DNA of 41,508 bases from contig CP070799.1 of assembly GCA_020343535.1 (NCBI GenBank), forward strand, positions 1,782,601 to 1,824,108, written 5' to 3'. The DNA comes from Nitrospinaceae bacterium. GTDB lineage: Bacteria; Nitrospinota; Nitrospinia; Nitrospinales; VA-1. The notes beneath the pieces were generated by a model. It saw only the letters and a list, made by a program, of their open reading frames with translations. It did not search any database and was not told the origin of the DNA. Below, one piece after another: positions 1 through 10,416 of this stretch. Both the position numbers and the translations under genes were made by a program. Position 1 is the stretch's first letter, and each line of letters starts with the position of its first letter.

Positions 1-1488
1 GCGAGGGTCCATGCCGAGGGCGGCATGACGCAGATGTTCGGCACCATCACCGTGAGCGACGGCATTTCCATGGGCACCGAAGGAATGAAATGCTCGCTGG
101 TGAGCCGCGAGGTCATCGCCGATTCCATCGAAACCGTATGCCGCGCGGCGAGCCTCGACGCGGTGCTGTGCATCGGCGGCTGCGACAAGAACATGCCCGG
201 CGCCATGATCGCCATGGCGCGCCTCGACATCCCGGGCATCTTCGTTTACGGCGGCACCATCAAACCGGGCCACCTCGGCGACAGGGACCTCACGGTGGTC
301 AGCGCCTTCGAGGCGGTGGGCCAGTTCTGCGCAGGCACCATCGACAAGAACGAACTCGTCGCCATCGAAAAAAACGCCTGCCCCGGCATGGGATCCTGCG
401 GCGGCATGTTCACCGCCAACACCATGTCGTCGGCGTTCGAAGCCATGGGCATGAGCCTGCCCTACAGTTCCACCATGGCCAACGAGGACAAGGAGAAGGA
501 GGAGAGCGCCGCGCAGAGCGCGGCGGCGCTCATCGGCCTCATCGAAAAAAATATCCTGCCGCGCGATATCATCACGAAAAAATCGCTGGAAAACGCCATC
601 GCCGTTGTCATGGCCGTGGGTGGCTCCACCAACGCCGTGCTGCACCTGCTCGCCATCGCCCACTCGATGGGCGTTGCGCTCTCCATCGATGAATTCGAGA
701 CGATCCGCAAAAAAGTGCCGCATTTCTGCGACCTCAAGCCGTCGGGGAAATACGTCACTGTCGATCTGCACCATGCCGGCGGCATCCCGCAGGTCATGAA
801 AATGCTGCTGAACGCGGGCCTGATCCATGGCGACTGCATGACCGCAACCGGTAAGACCGTCGCCGAAAATCTCGCCGGCATACCCGACCAGCCCGACCCA
901 AGGCAGGATGTGATCCTACCCCTCGACCGGCCGAAATCTTCCGAGGGGCACCTCGTCATCCTGAAAGGCAACCTGAGCCCGGAGGGATCGGTGGCGAAAA
1001 TTTCCGGCGTGAAGACCCGGCGCATCGAGGGCCCGGCACGGGTGTTCGATTCCGAGGAAGCCTGCCTGGATGCGATTCTCGACAAGAAGATCAACGCCGG
1101 CGACGTGGTCGTCATCCGCTACGAGGGCCCCAAAGGCGGCCCCGGCATGCGCGAGATGCTCGCGCCCACCTCGGCCCTTGTGGGCGAAGGCCTGGGCGAC
1201 CAGGTGGCGCTCATCACCGACGGCCGGTTCTCCGGCGGCACCTACGGCATCGTCGTCGGCCACATCGCTCCGGAAGCGCAGGTGGGCGGCCTCATCGGTC
1301 TCATCGAGGAGGGCGACACCGTGCTCGTGGACATCGACCACCGGCTGCTGGAAGCAAAAATTTCCGACGAGGAAATCGCCAAGCGGCGAAATAAATGGAC
1401 GCCGAAATCGATCCAATACACGTCCGGCGTACTGGCGAAATACGCCAAGCTGGTGTCCACCGCCTCGAAGGGCGCGGTGACCGATTGA
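1..1488 (+). CDS. ilvD: Dihydroxy-acid dehydratase (5'-truncated by the window edge)
   Basis: Motifs [57 protein letters not shown]. The frame is open back to base 1. Confidence 0.97.
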   Translation, partial: ARVHAEGGMTQMFGTITVSDGISMGTEGMKCSLVSREVIADSIETVCRAASLDAVLCIGGCDKNMPGAMIAMARLDIPGIFVYGGTIKPGHLGDRDLTVVSAFEAVGQFCAGTIDKNELVAIEKNACPGMGSCGGMFTANTMSSAFEAMGMSLPYSSTMANEDKEKEESAAQSAAALIGLIEKNILPRDIITKKSLENAIAVVMAVGGSTNAVLHLLAIAHSMGVALSIDEFETIRKKVPHFCDLKPSGKYVTVDLHHAGGIPQVMKMLLNAGLIHGDCMTATGKTVAENLAGIPDQPDPRQDVILPLDRPKSSEGHLVILKGNLSPEGSVAKISGVKTRRIEGPARVFDSEEACLDAILDKKINAGDVVVIRYEGPKGGPGMREMLAPTSALVGEGLGDQVALITDGRFSGGTYGIVVGHIAPEAQVGGLIGLIEEGDTVLVDIDHRLLEAKISDEEIAKRRNKWTPKSIQYTSGVLAKYAKLVSTASKGAVTD

Positions 1489-1704
1489 TTCGCGCCGCGG
1501 GAGGGTGGCGCCACGTTTGCCGGGCGGTCTAGAGAGCACCTGGTTTACGGAAGTGGCCTTGCGGCCACCAGAAATTTTTTTTAAATTTACAACCGGATAG
1601 AAGCCGATCTTGCATTTGAGCCGCACCACCGGCACCGCGTGATCGCCGCGTGATGACCGAAAGGATTGCGTGGTTCATAGAAGATCCCTCGAACCACTGC
1701 CATC

Positions 1705-2649
1705 ATGAACCCACCGATCATCCTGCCCCCACGCCTTTTCGATGAAGACCGGCGCATCAACCTGTGCCATTTGCACGACACGTTTCAGGGGCTTGCCGGG
1801 CTCGCATCCAAGCGCCTTAAGGAATCCTGCGGCATCGACATCCCCATCACCGCGGGCATGTGGGGCGGGTCCTACCTCATCGCCGGGAGCGATGGCCGCG
1901 CCCGCACCAACGTCGTGCGCCTATACTCCATCGTCAACCTGCCTCAGAACACCGCCCTCGACGAGAAGGAATTGTTCGAGCAGCTGATGGAAATCTACCA
2001 CCAGAACTTCCGCACCGCCTTCGGAAAGTTCGGCCTCGACCTGGTGGACCCGCGTTGGGGCGAGCCCGTCCCCTACTCCAACCGGCTGCGCCCCACCACC
2101 ACCCTGCAAATGTGGGACGCGAGCAGGCGGGTGAAGTTCGTGCGCGCGTTTTTCGTCTGGAACACCGCGACGTGGGAAGAATCCATCATCTACGATGCGA
2201 TCCGCAACGTGCGGCAGCTCAAGGAAAATCTCGACATCAACCACCGGCCCGCCAAGAAAGCCAGCGACGAACTCAAATTTCTTTTGCAGGACGTTCTTAT
2301 CATCTATTTCACCCTTCGCCCCGCGCTCACGCCGGATTTCGCCGAGCACGCCGAGCCCATCGTTCAGGATCTTCTTGCCCGCTTTCTCCGCGGCCTGCAC
2401 GACCCGGAGGAAATCGAGGAGCAGTATCACAGGGTGTTCGCTAATGCACTGGTGTATGGCTACGAGGAGGCCCTGGAGGGTCCATACCGAAGGGACGGTC
2501 TGAACATCTTCAAGGTCGAAGACTGGCCCGTGGAGAAAATCAACTGGGTGCCCGGCGAGTTGAAGAAAACGCTGGCCCCCTATCTGCGGGAAACCTTCAG
2601 CCGCTTCCGGCTCAATCTGGAAAAAGAGAAGAAACCGCCTCCGGCCTGA
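1705..2649 (+). CDS. Hypothetical protein, 314 aa, apparently soluble
   Basis: Long ORF with coding-like codon usage and globular composition filling the gap between ilvD and the convergent gene. No family recognised. Confidence 0.8.
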   Translation: MNPPIILPPRLFDEDRRINLCHLHDTFQGLAGLASKRLKESCGIDIPITAGMWGGSYLIAGSDGRARTNVVRLYSIVNLPQNTALDEKELFEQLMEIYHQNFRTAFGKFGLDLVDPRWGEPVPYSNRLRPTTTLQMWDASRRVKFVRAFFVWNTATWEESIIYDAIRNVRQLKENLDINHRPAKKASDELKFLLQDVLIIYFTLRPALTPDFAEHAEPIVQDLLARFLRGLHDPEEIEEQYHRVFANALVYGYEEALEGPYRRDGLNIFKVEDWPVEKINWVPGELKKTLAPYLRETFSRFRLNLEKEKKPPPA

Positions 2650-2656
2650 GCCGGAT

Positions 2657-3505
2657 TCAGGGCATGCTGAGGAGAAGCCAGCCCGCGAGCCCCTTCTGGC
2701 CGTTGCGTTCGCGGTTGCCACCGTTCCACACCGCCACCGCCATCGGCGATGCGCCCTTCAACTGGACGTCGGCGTTGTCCGGGGTTTTGAGATCCCGCCT
2801 GAACACCACCCGCCAGCGATTGTCCTTCCAGACCCCGCGCCCCATGACGTTCTGCTCCTCTTGCGTCGTCAGGGTGCTGAAGCCTTCGGCGTTCAGGTCT
2901 TCCACCGGCGAGCCGCGCTTCGAGGGCTGCACCGTCGGCAGGCCGGAAACCGAACCGGAGCGCACGTGCTTCCCCGGCTCATCTCCTGCCAGGTCTGTCT
3001 GCCACATAGCGCGCCACTGCCAGACATTGACCGGGTCCTCCGCCCCGCCCATGGTAATGGGCGGCAATCCGCGTCCCGGGTGCAGGGGAAACATCAGCGC
3101 CGCCTGGTCGGTGTAATTGGCCGACGGACCGTACTGGAAATCGAGGCTGTCGTCCTCCCATTCCAGGCGCAGGGCCAGAGTGGAGGCGTTCCGCACCGCG
3201 CGGATCTCCACCTCCTTGATCGAAGGGTCCGGCCATTTCGGATTGGTGATCATCTGCGGACCCAGCTCGACGCGGACGGCGGCCGGCCCGCCGGCGGCGG
3301 TCCACTGCGGCGCGTCGGGATCGAGGGGCACCTCGCCCTCGACCCTCTGGACCAGCACTCGCGGCCCGCAACTTTCATCCTCCAAGCAGCTCTCGACGCC
3401 GGGACCGCAGGCGGCGATGGTCAGCAGCGACGCAAGGGCCGCGAGGCCGCCCACTGGACACACTCTCAAGATAGCTAGCATATCTATAGGAAACATGGAT
3501 CGCAT
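2657..3505 (-). CDS. Ethylbenzene dehydrogenase gamma (EbdC)/NxrC-like heme-b binding protein, probable lipoprotein
   Basis: LRLEWED, DQAALMFP, PPITMG, PVNVWQW, AEGFSTLT, WRVVFRR and AVAVWNG..RERNGQK match the DMSO-reductase-family heme-b subunit. Lipobox-like TIAAC. Confidence 0.85.
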   Translation of the reverse strand: MRSMFPIDMLAILRVCPVGGLAALASLLTIAACGPGVESCLEDESCGPRVLVQRVEGEVPLDPDAPQWTAAGGPAAVRVELGPQMITNPKWPDPSIKEVEIRAVRNASTLALRLEWEDDSLDFQYGPSANYTDQAALMFPLHPGRGLPPITMGGAEDPVNVWQWRAMWQTDLAGDEPGKHVRSGSVSGLPTVQPSKRGSPVEDLNAEGFSTLTTQEEQNVMGRGVWKDNRWRVVFRRDLKTPDNADVQLKGASPMAVAVWNGGNRERNGQKGLAGWLLLSMP

Positions 3506-4833
3506 CAGTAAGCCTCGACCGCCTCCTTAAGGCGGCGGCGATGGTCGGCGGTGACGGGACCGACGACGATGAGGTTGAGTTTCTCGCGCACCAGAAGACG
3601 CCTTGCAAGCGCGTGCAGATCGTCTCTTGTGATCTTTTCGATGCGCCGCCATTCATCCTCCGGCGACAGCGGTGAGGAATACAGCAACGGAAGCCCGAAG
3701 CGGATCAGCTGTTCGTAAGGGCCATCGCGGTCGACGTCGAGGTCGAACAGCGTGCGCTGCTTGACGTGCGCCAGTTCGTCGTCCGTAGGCCCGCCGGCGG
3801 CGAAGCCCTTGATCTCGGCGAGCAGGATACCCGCGACCTCAAGCAACTTCTCCGGACGAACCGAGACATCGAAATCCAGCGTGCCGATATCCGCCAGGCT
3901 CGTCGCCCGGCACTCCACCGAATACACCAGCCCGCGGTCCTCCCTGAGCGCGCGCTGCAGCCGCGACGAAAATCCATCGTCGAAGATGCGGTTGATGAGG
4001 CAGAGGGCATGGTAGTCGGGATGGTTGTAGGAAACCCCGCGGAAGCACACCTGCAACTGCACCTGACTGTCGGAATCCTGCTGAAAACGGCAGCGGGGCC
4101 CGTCTTGCATTTCATCCACGCTGCCTTGAAAGTAATCCGGCGGGAACACCCGGCCCCCGGCGGGAAAACGTGAAAAATAGCGGCAGGCCATCGCGATGAA
4201 CTCTTCGTGGCGAATGGGGCCTGCGGCGGCGAGCACCATGTTGCCGGGAACGTAATGCGTCTCGAACGCCTGCCGGAGCATCTCCTCATCCATGGCGGCG
4301 ATGGTTTCCTCGCTGCCGATGGTCTGCCAGGACAGAGGGTTCCCCTCGTACAGGAGCCGGCAGGCCTGGTCATCGATGTCGATGTTTTCCCCCTTTTCGT
4401 TCAACTCCTCCTGGCATTCCTCGAGGATGATCTGCCGCTCAAGCTCGATACCGGAGAACGTCGGCCGGGTGAAGAAGTCGGCGAACAGCTCCACCGCGCG
4501 GGGAAACCTGGAAATATGAGGGCTGAATCCGTAATACGTGTATTCGCTCAGCGTCGAGGCGCGCAACTCCCGCCCGAGCGACTCGAATTCGCGGTTGAGT
4601 CGGACCGAATCCGGAAATTTTTCGTTGCCGCGAAACAACATGTGCTCCAGAAAGTGGAAGACACCGTTGTTTTTTTCGTTTTCAAAGCGCAGCCCAGCAC
4701 GCACGAACACGGCAAGCTCCACCGAATGGATGTGCGGCATCTCCACGGTGACGACGGTGAGCCCGTTGTCGAGAAGATCCATGTGGTGTTTCAGACCGCT
4801 TTCGGTTAAATTCTTGAACGTTCTTGTTTTCAA
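3505..4833 (-). CDS. M16 family (pitrilysin/insulinase-like) zinc peptidase
   Basis: LDNGLTV, inverted zinc motif HFLEH, SSRL...LRE.RGLVYSV. Its stop overlaps the next start (TGATG). Confidence 0.92.
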   Translation of the reverse strand: MKTRTFKNLTESGLKHHMDLLDNGLTVVTVEMPHIHSVELAVFVRAGLRFENEKNNGVFHFLEHMLFRGNEKFPDSVRLNREFESLGRELRASTLSEYTYYGFSPHISRFPRAVELFADFFTRPTFSGIELERQIILEECQEELNEKGENIDIDDQACRLLYEGNPLSWQTIGSEETIAAMDEEMLRQAFETHYVPGNMVLAAAGPIRHEEFIAMACRYFSRFPAGGRVFPPDYFQGSVDEMQDGPRCRFQQDSDSQVQLQVCFRGVSYNHPDYHALCLINRIFDDGFSSRLQRALREDRGLVYSVECRATSLADIGTLDFDVSVRPEKLLEVAGILLAEIKGFAAGGPTDDELAHVKQRTLFDLDVDRDGPYEQLIRFGLPLLYSSPLSPEDEWRRIEKITRDDLHALARRLLVREKLNLIVVGPVTADHRRRLKEAVEAY

Positions 4834-4955
4834 TATCGCCTCGGGGCAAGGCCCGGCAGGGGTCGGGGAGCGAGGGTGCTCATGAACTTTTTCTTCCGCA
4901 TTATCTCACAACACGGCGCGCCGCTGGCAAAAAGATACCGGACGCAACCGGCTCG

Positions 4956-5594
4956 ATGCCGATGAAACCCACGGACTGGCTGACGCAGGACTACAACGCC
5001 GCCTTCGATTTTCTTCTCGACCACGAGGAAGCCGCCCGCGCCTGCCCCATTGTCGATACCGGCCAGGGCGTGGTGGCTGTGCTTCCCACCGCCCTGCCTG
5101 GCCTCGGCGTCCGCTTCATCGGCCTGTTCATGCTCGCGCCCATCGCCGTCTTCCTCGTGACCGTGGCCGCGTTTCCCTTCCTCGTCCTTGGCCCGCCCTG
5201 GGAATGGACGGCAAATGGTCTGTTCGTAGCAGGCCTCTCTGTGGCGCTTTTTCTCGGCCTGCTGTTCGCCCTGAAACTGATGCTTGGAAACCGCGACCTG
5301 TTTCCGCGGATCTTTTTCGTCACTCTCGGCGCAACGGGCATCGGCATGCATTTCTCGCGCTGGCACCGGCTGTTCAAAAATCCGGTTGTCGGCATTCCCT
5401 GGAACCGGGTGGGCGCGGTGAGCACGCGCGAGACATTGTATGCCCCGGCACTGGTTTTGGGGATCGTCCGCACCACCCTCCTCGAAGTGACCAGCCCGGA
5501 TGGCGCGTCCATCGTCATCCCGCTCGCGCCCGGCGCCCAGCCGGACCTAGCCGAAGATCTTCGGCGGCGCATCGGCGAACGTGCCCGGCGCTGA
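4956..5594 (+). CDS. Hypothetical membrane protein (2-3 TM, possible C-terminal PH-like domain)
   Basis: Hydrophobic segments and IPWNRV motif. Start moved from the track's 4824, which overlaps the M16 gene, to ATG 4956 (or 4962). Confidence 0.65.
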   Translation: MPMKPTDWLTQDYNAAFDFLLDHEEAARACPIVDTGQGVVAVLPTALPGLGVRFIGLFMLAPIAVFLVTVAAFPFLVLGPPWEWTANGLFVAGLSVALFLGLLFALKLMLGNRDLFPRIFFVTLGATGIGMHFSRWHRLFKNPVVGIPWNRVGAVSTRETLYAPALVLGIVRTTLLEVTSPDGASIVIPLAPGAQPDLAEDLRRRIGERARR

Positions 5595-5601
5595 TCATCC
5601 G

Positions 5602-8600
5602 CTACTCGAAATGGACCGAATCCTCTCCGAGGAGCATCTCGATCTCTCGAATCACCTCGTCGCTGGGCTGAATCCGCAGATCGTGGTCCACGCTCATCGT
5701 GCGAATGTGACTGTCGGGAAACAAAAAATGCAGGAAGGTCTCGTTGCCGCCCTTGTGCGAGGCGAGGACGTCGCGCACCGCCACCAGGGTCTCTTTTTCC
5801 AGGCCGGGGGTGCGGATATGAATATGCACCTTGCCCTTCCAGTGCCTCTTCGCCTCGGCAAGGGGAACGACGGACTGCGCGATCACTTTCGGCAGGTTGC
5901 CTTCAGCGTCGACCTCGCCGCGAATCAGCACCGCCACCTCGTCCTCCAGCAATTGCGCCACCTGGGCGTAAAGTTCAGGCCAAAAGATCACCTCCAGTGA
6001 ACCCTGCAGGTCCTCCAGCGTGACGATGGCCATTTTATCGCCCTTGCGCGTCGTTTTCGGCAGCACCTTGATGGGAATCCCGGCGAGGTTGACCGATTTG
6101 GGGCTGCTGCCCTCGGCGATGGTCGCCGAGTTGGCGTCGGTGAACCAGGCTAGGTCGCGGGCGTAGCTGTCCAAGGGGTGGCCGGTGATGTAGAAGCCGA
6201 TGGCTTCCTTCTCGAATTTCAGGCGCTCGTGATCGCTCCATTCGGGGATGTTGCCGTTGCCCGCCTCGGCGGCGTGGGCCGGTTCGTCGTCGAACAGGTC
6301 GAGCAGGCTCGACTGGCCGAGCTCGAAGTCCTTCTGCTTGGCCTGCCCGATGTCCATCGTGGCCGGCAGCCCGTGCAGCAGCGCCGCGCGAGCGACGCCC
6401 AGCGAATCGCAGGCGCCGCTCTTGATGAGGCTTTCCATCACGCGCTTGTTGACGGTGCGCATATCCACGGATTCGCAAAAGTGCTGCAGGGAGCTGAAGC
6501 GGCCGAGCCGGTCGCGGGTTTCGAGGATCGAGTCGATGGCCGCCGACCCCACGTTCTTGATGGCCCCCAGGCCAAACAGCAACTGGTCCTCCACGATGGA
6601 GAAGTCCTTGCAGCTGGCGTTGATGTCCGGCGGGCGCACGCGAATGCCCGCCTCGCGGCAATCGTGAATGTAGCGCAGCACCTTGTCGGTATTGTCCATG
6701 TCGCTTGTGATAAGCGCGCCGAAAAACTGCAGCGGGTAATGCGCCTTCAAATAGGCCGTCTGATAGGAAATCTGGGCGTAGGCGGCACTGTGCGACTTAT
6801 TGAAACCATAGCCGGAAAACTTCTCCATGAGGTTGAATATTTTTTCTGCCTTCGGCCCCGGGTGGCGGTTGGCCTCGCACCCCTTTAAGAATTTTTCCCG
6901 CTGCGCGGCCATTTCCTCAGGCTTCTTCTTGCCCATTGCGCGGCGCAGGAGATCCGCATCGCCCAGGCTGAAGCCGGAAAGGACGCTGGCAATATTCATC
7001 ACCTGTTCCTGATATAGGATGACGCCGTGGGTTTCCTTGAGGATATCCCGGAGCTCGGGGAGATCGTATTTTTCCTCCATGTGGCCATGCTTGCGCTTGA
7101 TGAAATCGTCGACCATACCACTCTCAAGTGGCCCTGGCCGGTATAAGGCGAGCAGCGCGATGATGTCCTCGAAGCAATCCGGCTTCATTTTCTTGAGCAG
7201 GTCGCGCATGCCGGAGCTTTCTAGCTGGAACACGCCCAAGGTGCGCGCTTCCCCGAGAAGCTGGTAGGTATCCGGATCGTCCTTGGGAAGGGTGAAGATA
7301 TCCAGCTCGTGCCCACGCGACTGCTTGATGAGCCTGAGCGCGTTGTCGATCACCGTCAGGGTCTTGAGGCCGAGAAAATCCATTTTGAGAAGGCCGAGCT
7401 TCTCCACACTGTTCATCGAGAACTGCGTCACCACCTCGTCGTTGCCGCCTTTGTAGAGGGGCAGGAACTTGGTCAGCGGCTGGGACGAGATCACCACCCC
7501 GGCGGCGTGGGTGGAGCAGTGGCGCGGCAACCCCTCAAGGCTCTCGGCGATGGCAAGCAGCTCTTCCACCTGCTTGTTCTCCTTGCGCAGCTGGCCGAAG
7601 CGGGGCTCGTCCTTAAAGGCTTCCTTTAAGGTGATGTTCAGCCTGTTGGGCACCAGCTTGGCGATCTTGTCCACCTCGCCGTAGGTCATGTCCAGCACCC
7701 GGCCGACGTCGCGGATCACCCCCTTGGCATTCATGCTGCCGAAAGTGATGATCTGCGATACGTTCTGGTTGCCGCCGTATTTCTCGGTCACATACTGGAT
7801 CACCCGGTCGCGCCCTTCGATGCAGAAGTCGATATCGATATCCGGCATACTCACGCGCTCGGGGTTGAGGAAACGTTCGAACAGCAGGCCGTAGGGGATC
7901 GGATCGATGTCGGTGATCTTGAGGGCGAAGGCCACCAGGCTGCCCGCCGCCGATCCGCGGCCGGGGCCGACGGGAATGTCCTGCTCGCGGGCGTAGCGGA
8001 TGAAATCCCAGACAATGAGAAAATAGCCCGGATAGCCCATATTGCGGATGATGCCCAGCTCTTCGTCCAGGCGCTTCTCGTAGACGACGGGGTCGAACGA
8101 TGCGCCGCCGGATTTGGACAGAATCTCCAGGCGCTCGGCGAGCCCTGCGCGGGCCGTCTTTTCCAAATAGGTTTCCAGCGTCTCGCCCTCCGGCACCGGG
8201 TAGTCGGGAAAATTGAGCTTGCCGAAATCGAAATCCAGCTCGCAACGCTCGGCGATCCTCAGGGTATTCTCGATGGCCTCGGGGGTTTCCTCGAACAGGG
8301 CGATCATTTCCTCGGCGGATTTAAAATAATATTCATTGCCCGGATATTTCATCCGCCGTTCGTCGCTCAGGGTCTTGCCGGTCTGCAGGCAGAGCAGGAT
8401 CTCGTGGGCGTGGGCGTCGTCCGGATTCAGGTAATGGCAGTTGTTGGTGGCAACGATGGGGATCGAGAGCTTATTCCCGAGAGCGGCGAGCTCGCGGTTG
8501 ACTTTTTCCTGGTGCTCAAGCTTGTGGTTCTGCAGCTCCAGGTAAAAATTCCCATCGCCCATGATCTCCACGTACTGCTGTGCTATTTTCGTGGCGCGCG

Positions 8601-9069
8601 GGATGTTCTCGCGATTCAGGTTCCACGCCACCTCGCCGCGCCCGCAGGAACTGAGCGCGATGAGGCCCTCCGCATGCTCGGCCAGCAACTCCTTGTCGAT
8701 GCGCGGCTTGTAGTAAAACCCTTCTAGGTAACCCGCAGTCACCAGCTTCAGCAAGTTGCGGTAGCCGCGCTCGTTTTCGGCCAGGAGGATCAGGTGATGA
8801 GAGGCATCGCGCAGGTTGTGATTGGTGGTCTTTTCCAGGCGGCTCTCCGGCGCGACGTACACTTCGCAGCCGATGATGGCCTTAAGCCCGTGCTTTTTCG
8901 CGCCGTTATAGAAATCCACAGCGCCGAACAGGTTGCCATGGTCGGTCATGGCGACGGCGGGCATGTTGAATTCCACCGCGCGCTGGAACAGCGCCTCGGG
9001 CCGAATCGACGAATCGAGCAGGCTGAAATACGTATGCAGGTGAAGGTGGACAAAGCCGGTCGCAACCAT
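5602..9069 (-). CDS. dnaE: DNA polymerase III alpha subunit
   Basis: PHP domain HLHLHT..SLLD, GPGRGSAAGS, FERFLNPER, PDIDIDF, FNKSHSAAY, C-terminal OB fold. 1155 aa with no intein-sized insert. Confidence 0.98.
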   Translation of the reverse strand: MVATGFVHLHLHTYFSLLDSSIRPEALFQRAVEFNMPAVAMTDHGNLFGAVDFYNGAKKHGLKAIIGCEVYVAPESRLEKTTNHNLRDASHHLILLAENERGYRNLLKLVTAGYLEGFYYKPRIDKELLAEHAEGLIALSSCGRGEVAWNLNRENIPRATKIAQQYVEIMGDGNFYLELQNHKLEHQEKVNRELAALGNKLSIPIVATNNCHYLNPDDAHAHEILLCLQTGKTLSDERRMKYPGNEYYFKSAEEMIALFEETPEAIENTLRIAERCELDFDFGKLNFPDYPVPEGETLETYLEKTARAGLAERLEILSKSGGASFDPVVYEKRLDEELGIIRNMGYPGYFLIVWDFIRYAREQDIPVGPGRGSAAGSLVAFALKITDIDPIPYGLLFERFLNPERVSMPDIDIDFCIEGRDRVIQYVTEKYGGNQNVSQIITFGSMNAKGVIRDVGRVLDMTYGEVDKIAKLVPNRLNITLKEAFKDEPRFGQLRKENKQVEELLAIAESLEGLPRHCSTHAAGVVISSQPLTKFLPLYKGGNDEVVTQFSMNSVEKLGLLKMDFLGLKTLTVIDNALRLIKQSRGHELDIFTLPKDDPDTYQLLGEARTLGVFQLESSGMRDLLKKMKPDCFEDIIALLALYRPGPLESGMVDDFIKRKHGHMEEKYDLPELRDILKETHGVILYQEQVMNIASVLSGFSLGDADLLRRAMGKKKPEEMAAQREKFLKGCEANRHPGPKAEKIFNLMEKFSGYGFNKSHSAAYAQISYQTAYLKAHYPLQFFGALITSDMDNTDKVLRYIHDCREAGIRVRPPDINASCKDFSIVEDQLLFGLGAIKNVGSAAIDSILETRDRLGRFSSLQHFCESVDMRTVNKRVMESLIKSGACDSLGVARAALLHGLPATMDIGQAKQKDFELGQSSLLDLFDDEPAHAAEAGNGNIPEWSDHERLKFEKEAIGFYITGHPLDSYARDLAWFTDANSATIAEGSSPKSVNLAGIPIKVLPKTTRKGDKMAIVTLEDLQGSLEVIFWPELYAQVAQLLEDEVAVLIRGEVDAEGNLPKVIAQSVVPLAEAKRHWKGKVHIHIRTPGLEKETLVAVRDVLASHKGGNETFLHFLFPDSHIRTMSVDHDLRIQPSDEVIREIEMLLGEDSVHFE

Positions 9070-9092
9070 GGCGTCAGGGGACCCGCGTCGGG

Positions 9093-10205
9093 TCAGTGCA
9101 AAAGTGTTTCGGGATCCACATAATCCATCTTGAGGGCGTTGGCCACTGCGGGGTGGGTGACGTGGCCCTTGAAGATATTGAGCCCCAGCCGGAGTGCAGG
9201 ATTTTCCCTGAGCGCGCGCAGCACGCCCTTGTCCGCCAGTTCGCGGGCGTAGGGAAAGGTGGCGTTGGTGAGGGCGAACGTCGACGTCCTCGATACCGCT
9301 CCCGGCATGTTGGCGACGCAGTAATGCACCACCCCGTCCACGACGAACGTGGGGTCGCTGTGAGTGGTGGGCCGCGAGGTCTCGGCAATGCCGCCCTGGT
9401 CGATACCCACGTCGACGATCACCGAACCGGTCTTCATGAAGCCGATCATATCGTGGGTGATGAGCCTAGGCGCCCGCGCGCCCGGGATCAGCACCGCGCC
9501 GATGACCAGATCGGCACTCTTCAGAGCGTCCTGCATGTTGATACGGTTGGACATCAGCGTCCGCAACCGCGCTCCGTGGATGTCATCCAGATAGCGCAGG
9601 CGTTGCAGGTTGACATCGAGCAACGTCACCGTGGCGCCGTTGCCGATGGCCATCTTGGCGGCGTTGGCGCCCACCACTCCGCCGCCGATGATGACGACGT
9701 GGCCCGGGTCGACGCCCGGCACTCCGCCGAGCAAAATGCCTCGGCCGCCATTCTCGCGCTCCAAGCACTTGGCTCCCTCGTGGATCGACATGCGCCCCGC
9801 CACCTCGCTCATGGGAATGAGCAGCGGCAGCGACCCATTGCCGTTCTGCACCGTCTCGTAGGCGATGGCGATGATCTTGCGCCGCAACAGCGCTTCGGTG
9901 AGCTCGCGCGCCGGCGCGAGGTGCAGGTAGGTGTACAGGATCTGCCCTTCGCGCAGCAGTTCGTATTCCTCCGGCAGCGGTTCCTTGACCTTGACGACCA
10001 GCTCGGCGCCGGCAAATACCTCATCGCGCGAGACGATGCGCGCGCCCTGCTCCTCGTACACATGGTTTTCCAGACCGCTGGCGAGGCCCGCGTCCGCCTC
10101 AATTAAAACCGTGTGGCCACCCTCGACCATATGGTGCACGCCTGCCGGCGTGAGGGACACCCTCCCCTCATCCTTCTTGATTTCCTTGGGAACGCCGATG
10201 ATCAT
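9093..10205 (-). CDS. ald: Alanine dehydrogenase
   Basis: [47 protein letters not shown]. Confidence 0.97.
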   Translation of the reverse strand: MIIGVPKEIKKDEGRVSLTPAGVHHMVEGGHTVLIEADAGLASGLENHVYEEQGARIVSRDEVFAGAELVVKVKEPLPEEYELLREGQILYTYLHLAPARELTEALLRRKIIAIAYETVQNGNGSLPLLIPMSEVAGRMSIHEGAKCLERENGGRGILLGGVPGVDPGHVVIIGGGVVGANAAKMAIGNGATVTLLDVNLQRLRYLDDIHGARLRTLMSNRINMQDALKSADLVIGAVLIPGARAPRLITHDMIGFMKTGSVIVDVGIDQGGIAETSRPTTHSDPTFVVDGVVHYCVANMPGAVSRTSTFALTNATFPYARELADKGVLRALRENPALRLGLNIFKGHVTHPAVANALKMDYVDPETLLH

Positions 10206-10416
10206 AGAATCCTGCTCCTGGGCATATTTTGCCGTTTCAGCGTGGGCGGCCAGGCCGCCGGTCTCCTGTTATACCGAATTCGGCCCCGCATTTCATCCTC
10301 AATAATTTTCGCCGATTTCGCCCTGTGCGTTTGATCTTTTACTGAAAATCCATTAAATTAAAGCATCGAACAAGTTCCAATGATTTGATTTTTTTGCCTC
10401 CCGGGAGGGTGTTGCC

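Noticed and set aside
1553-1582. Terminator after ilvD (GTGGCC/GGCCAC plus T-run)
   Set aside because: The stem is short and the T-run is 6 nt away. Plausible, but too weak to call.
5602-9069. Intein or split in dnaE
   Set aside because: Normal length, continuous motifs and no intein-terminal signatures seen.
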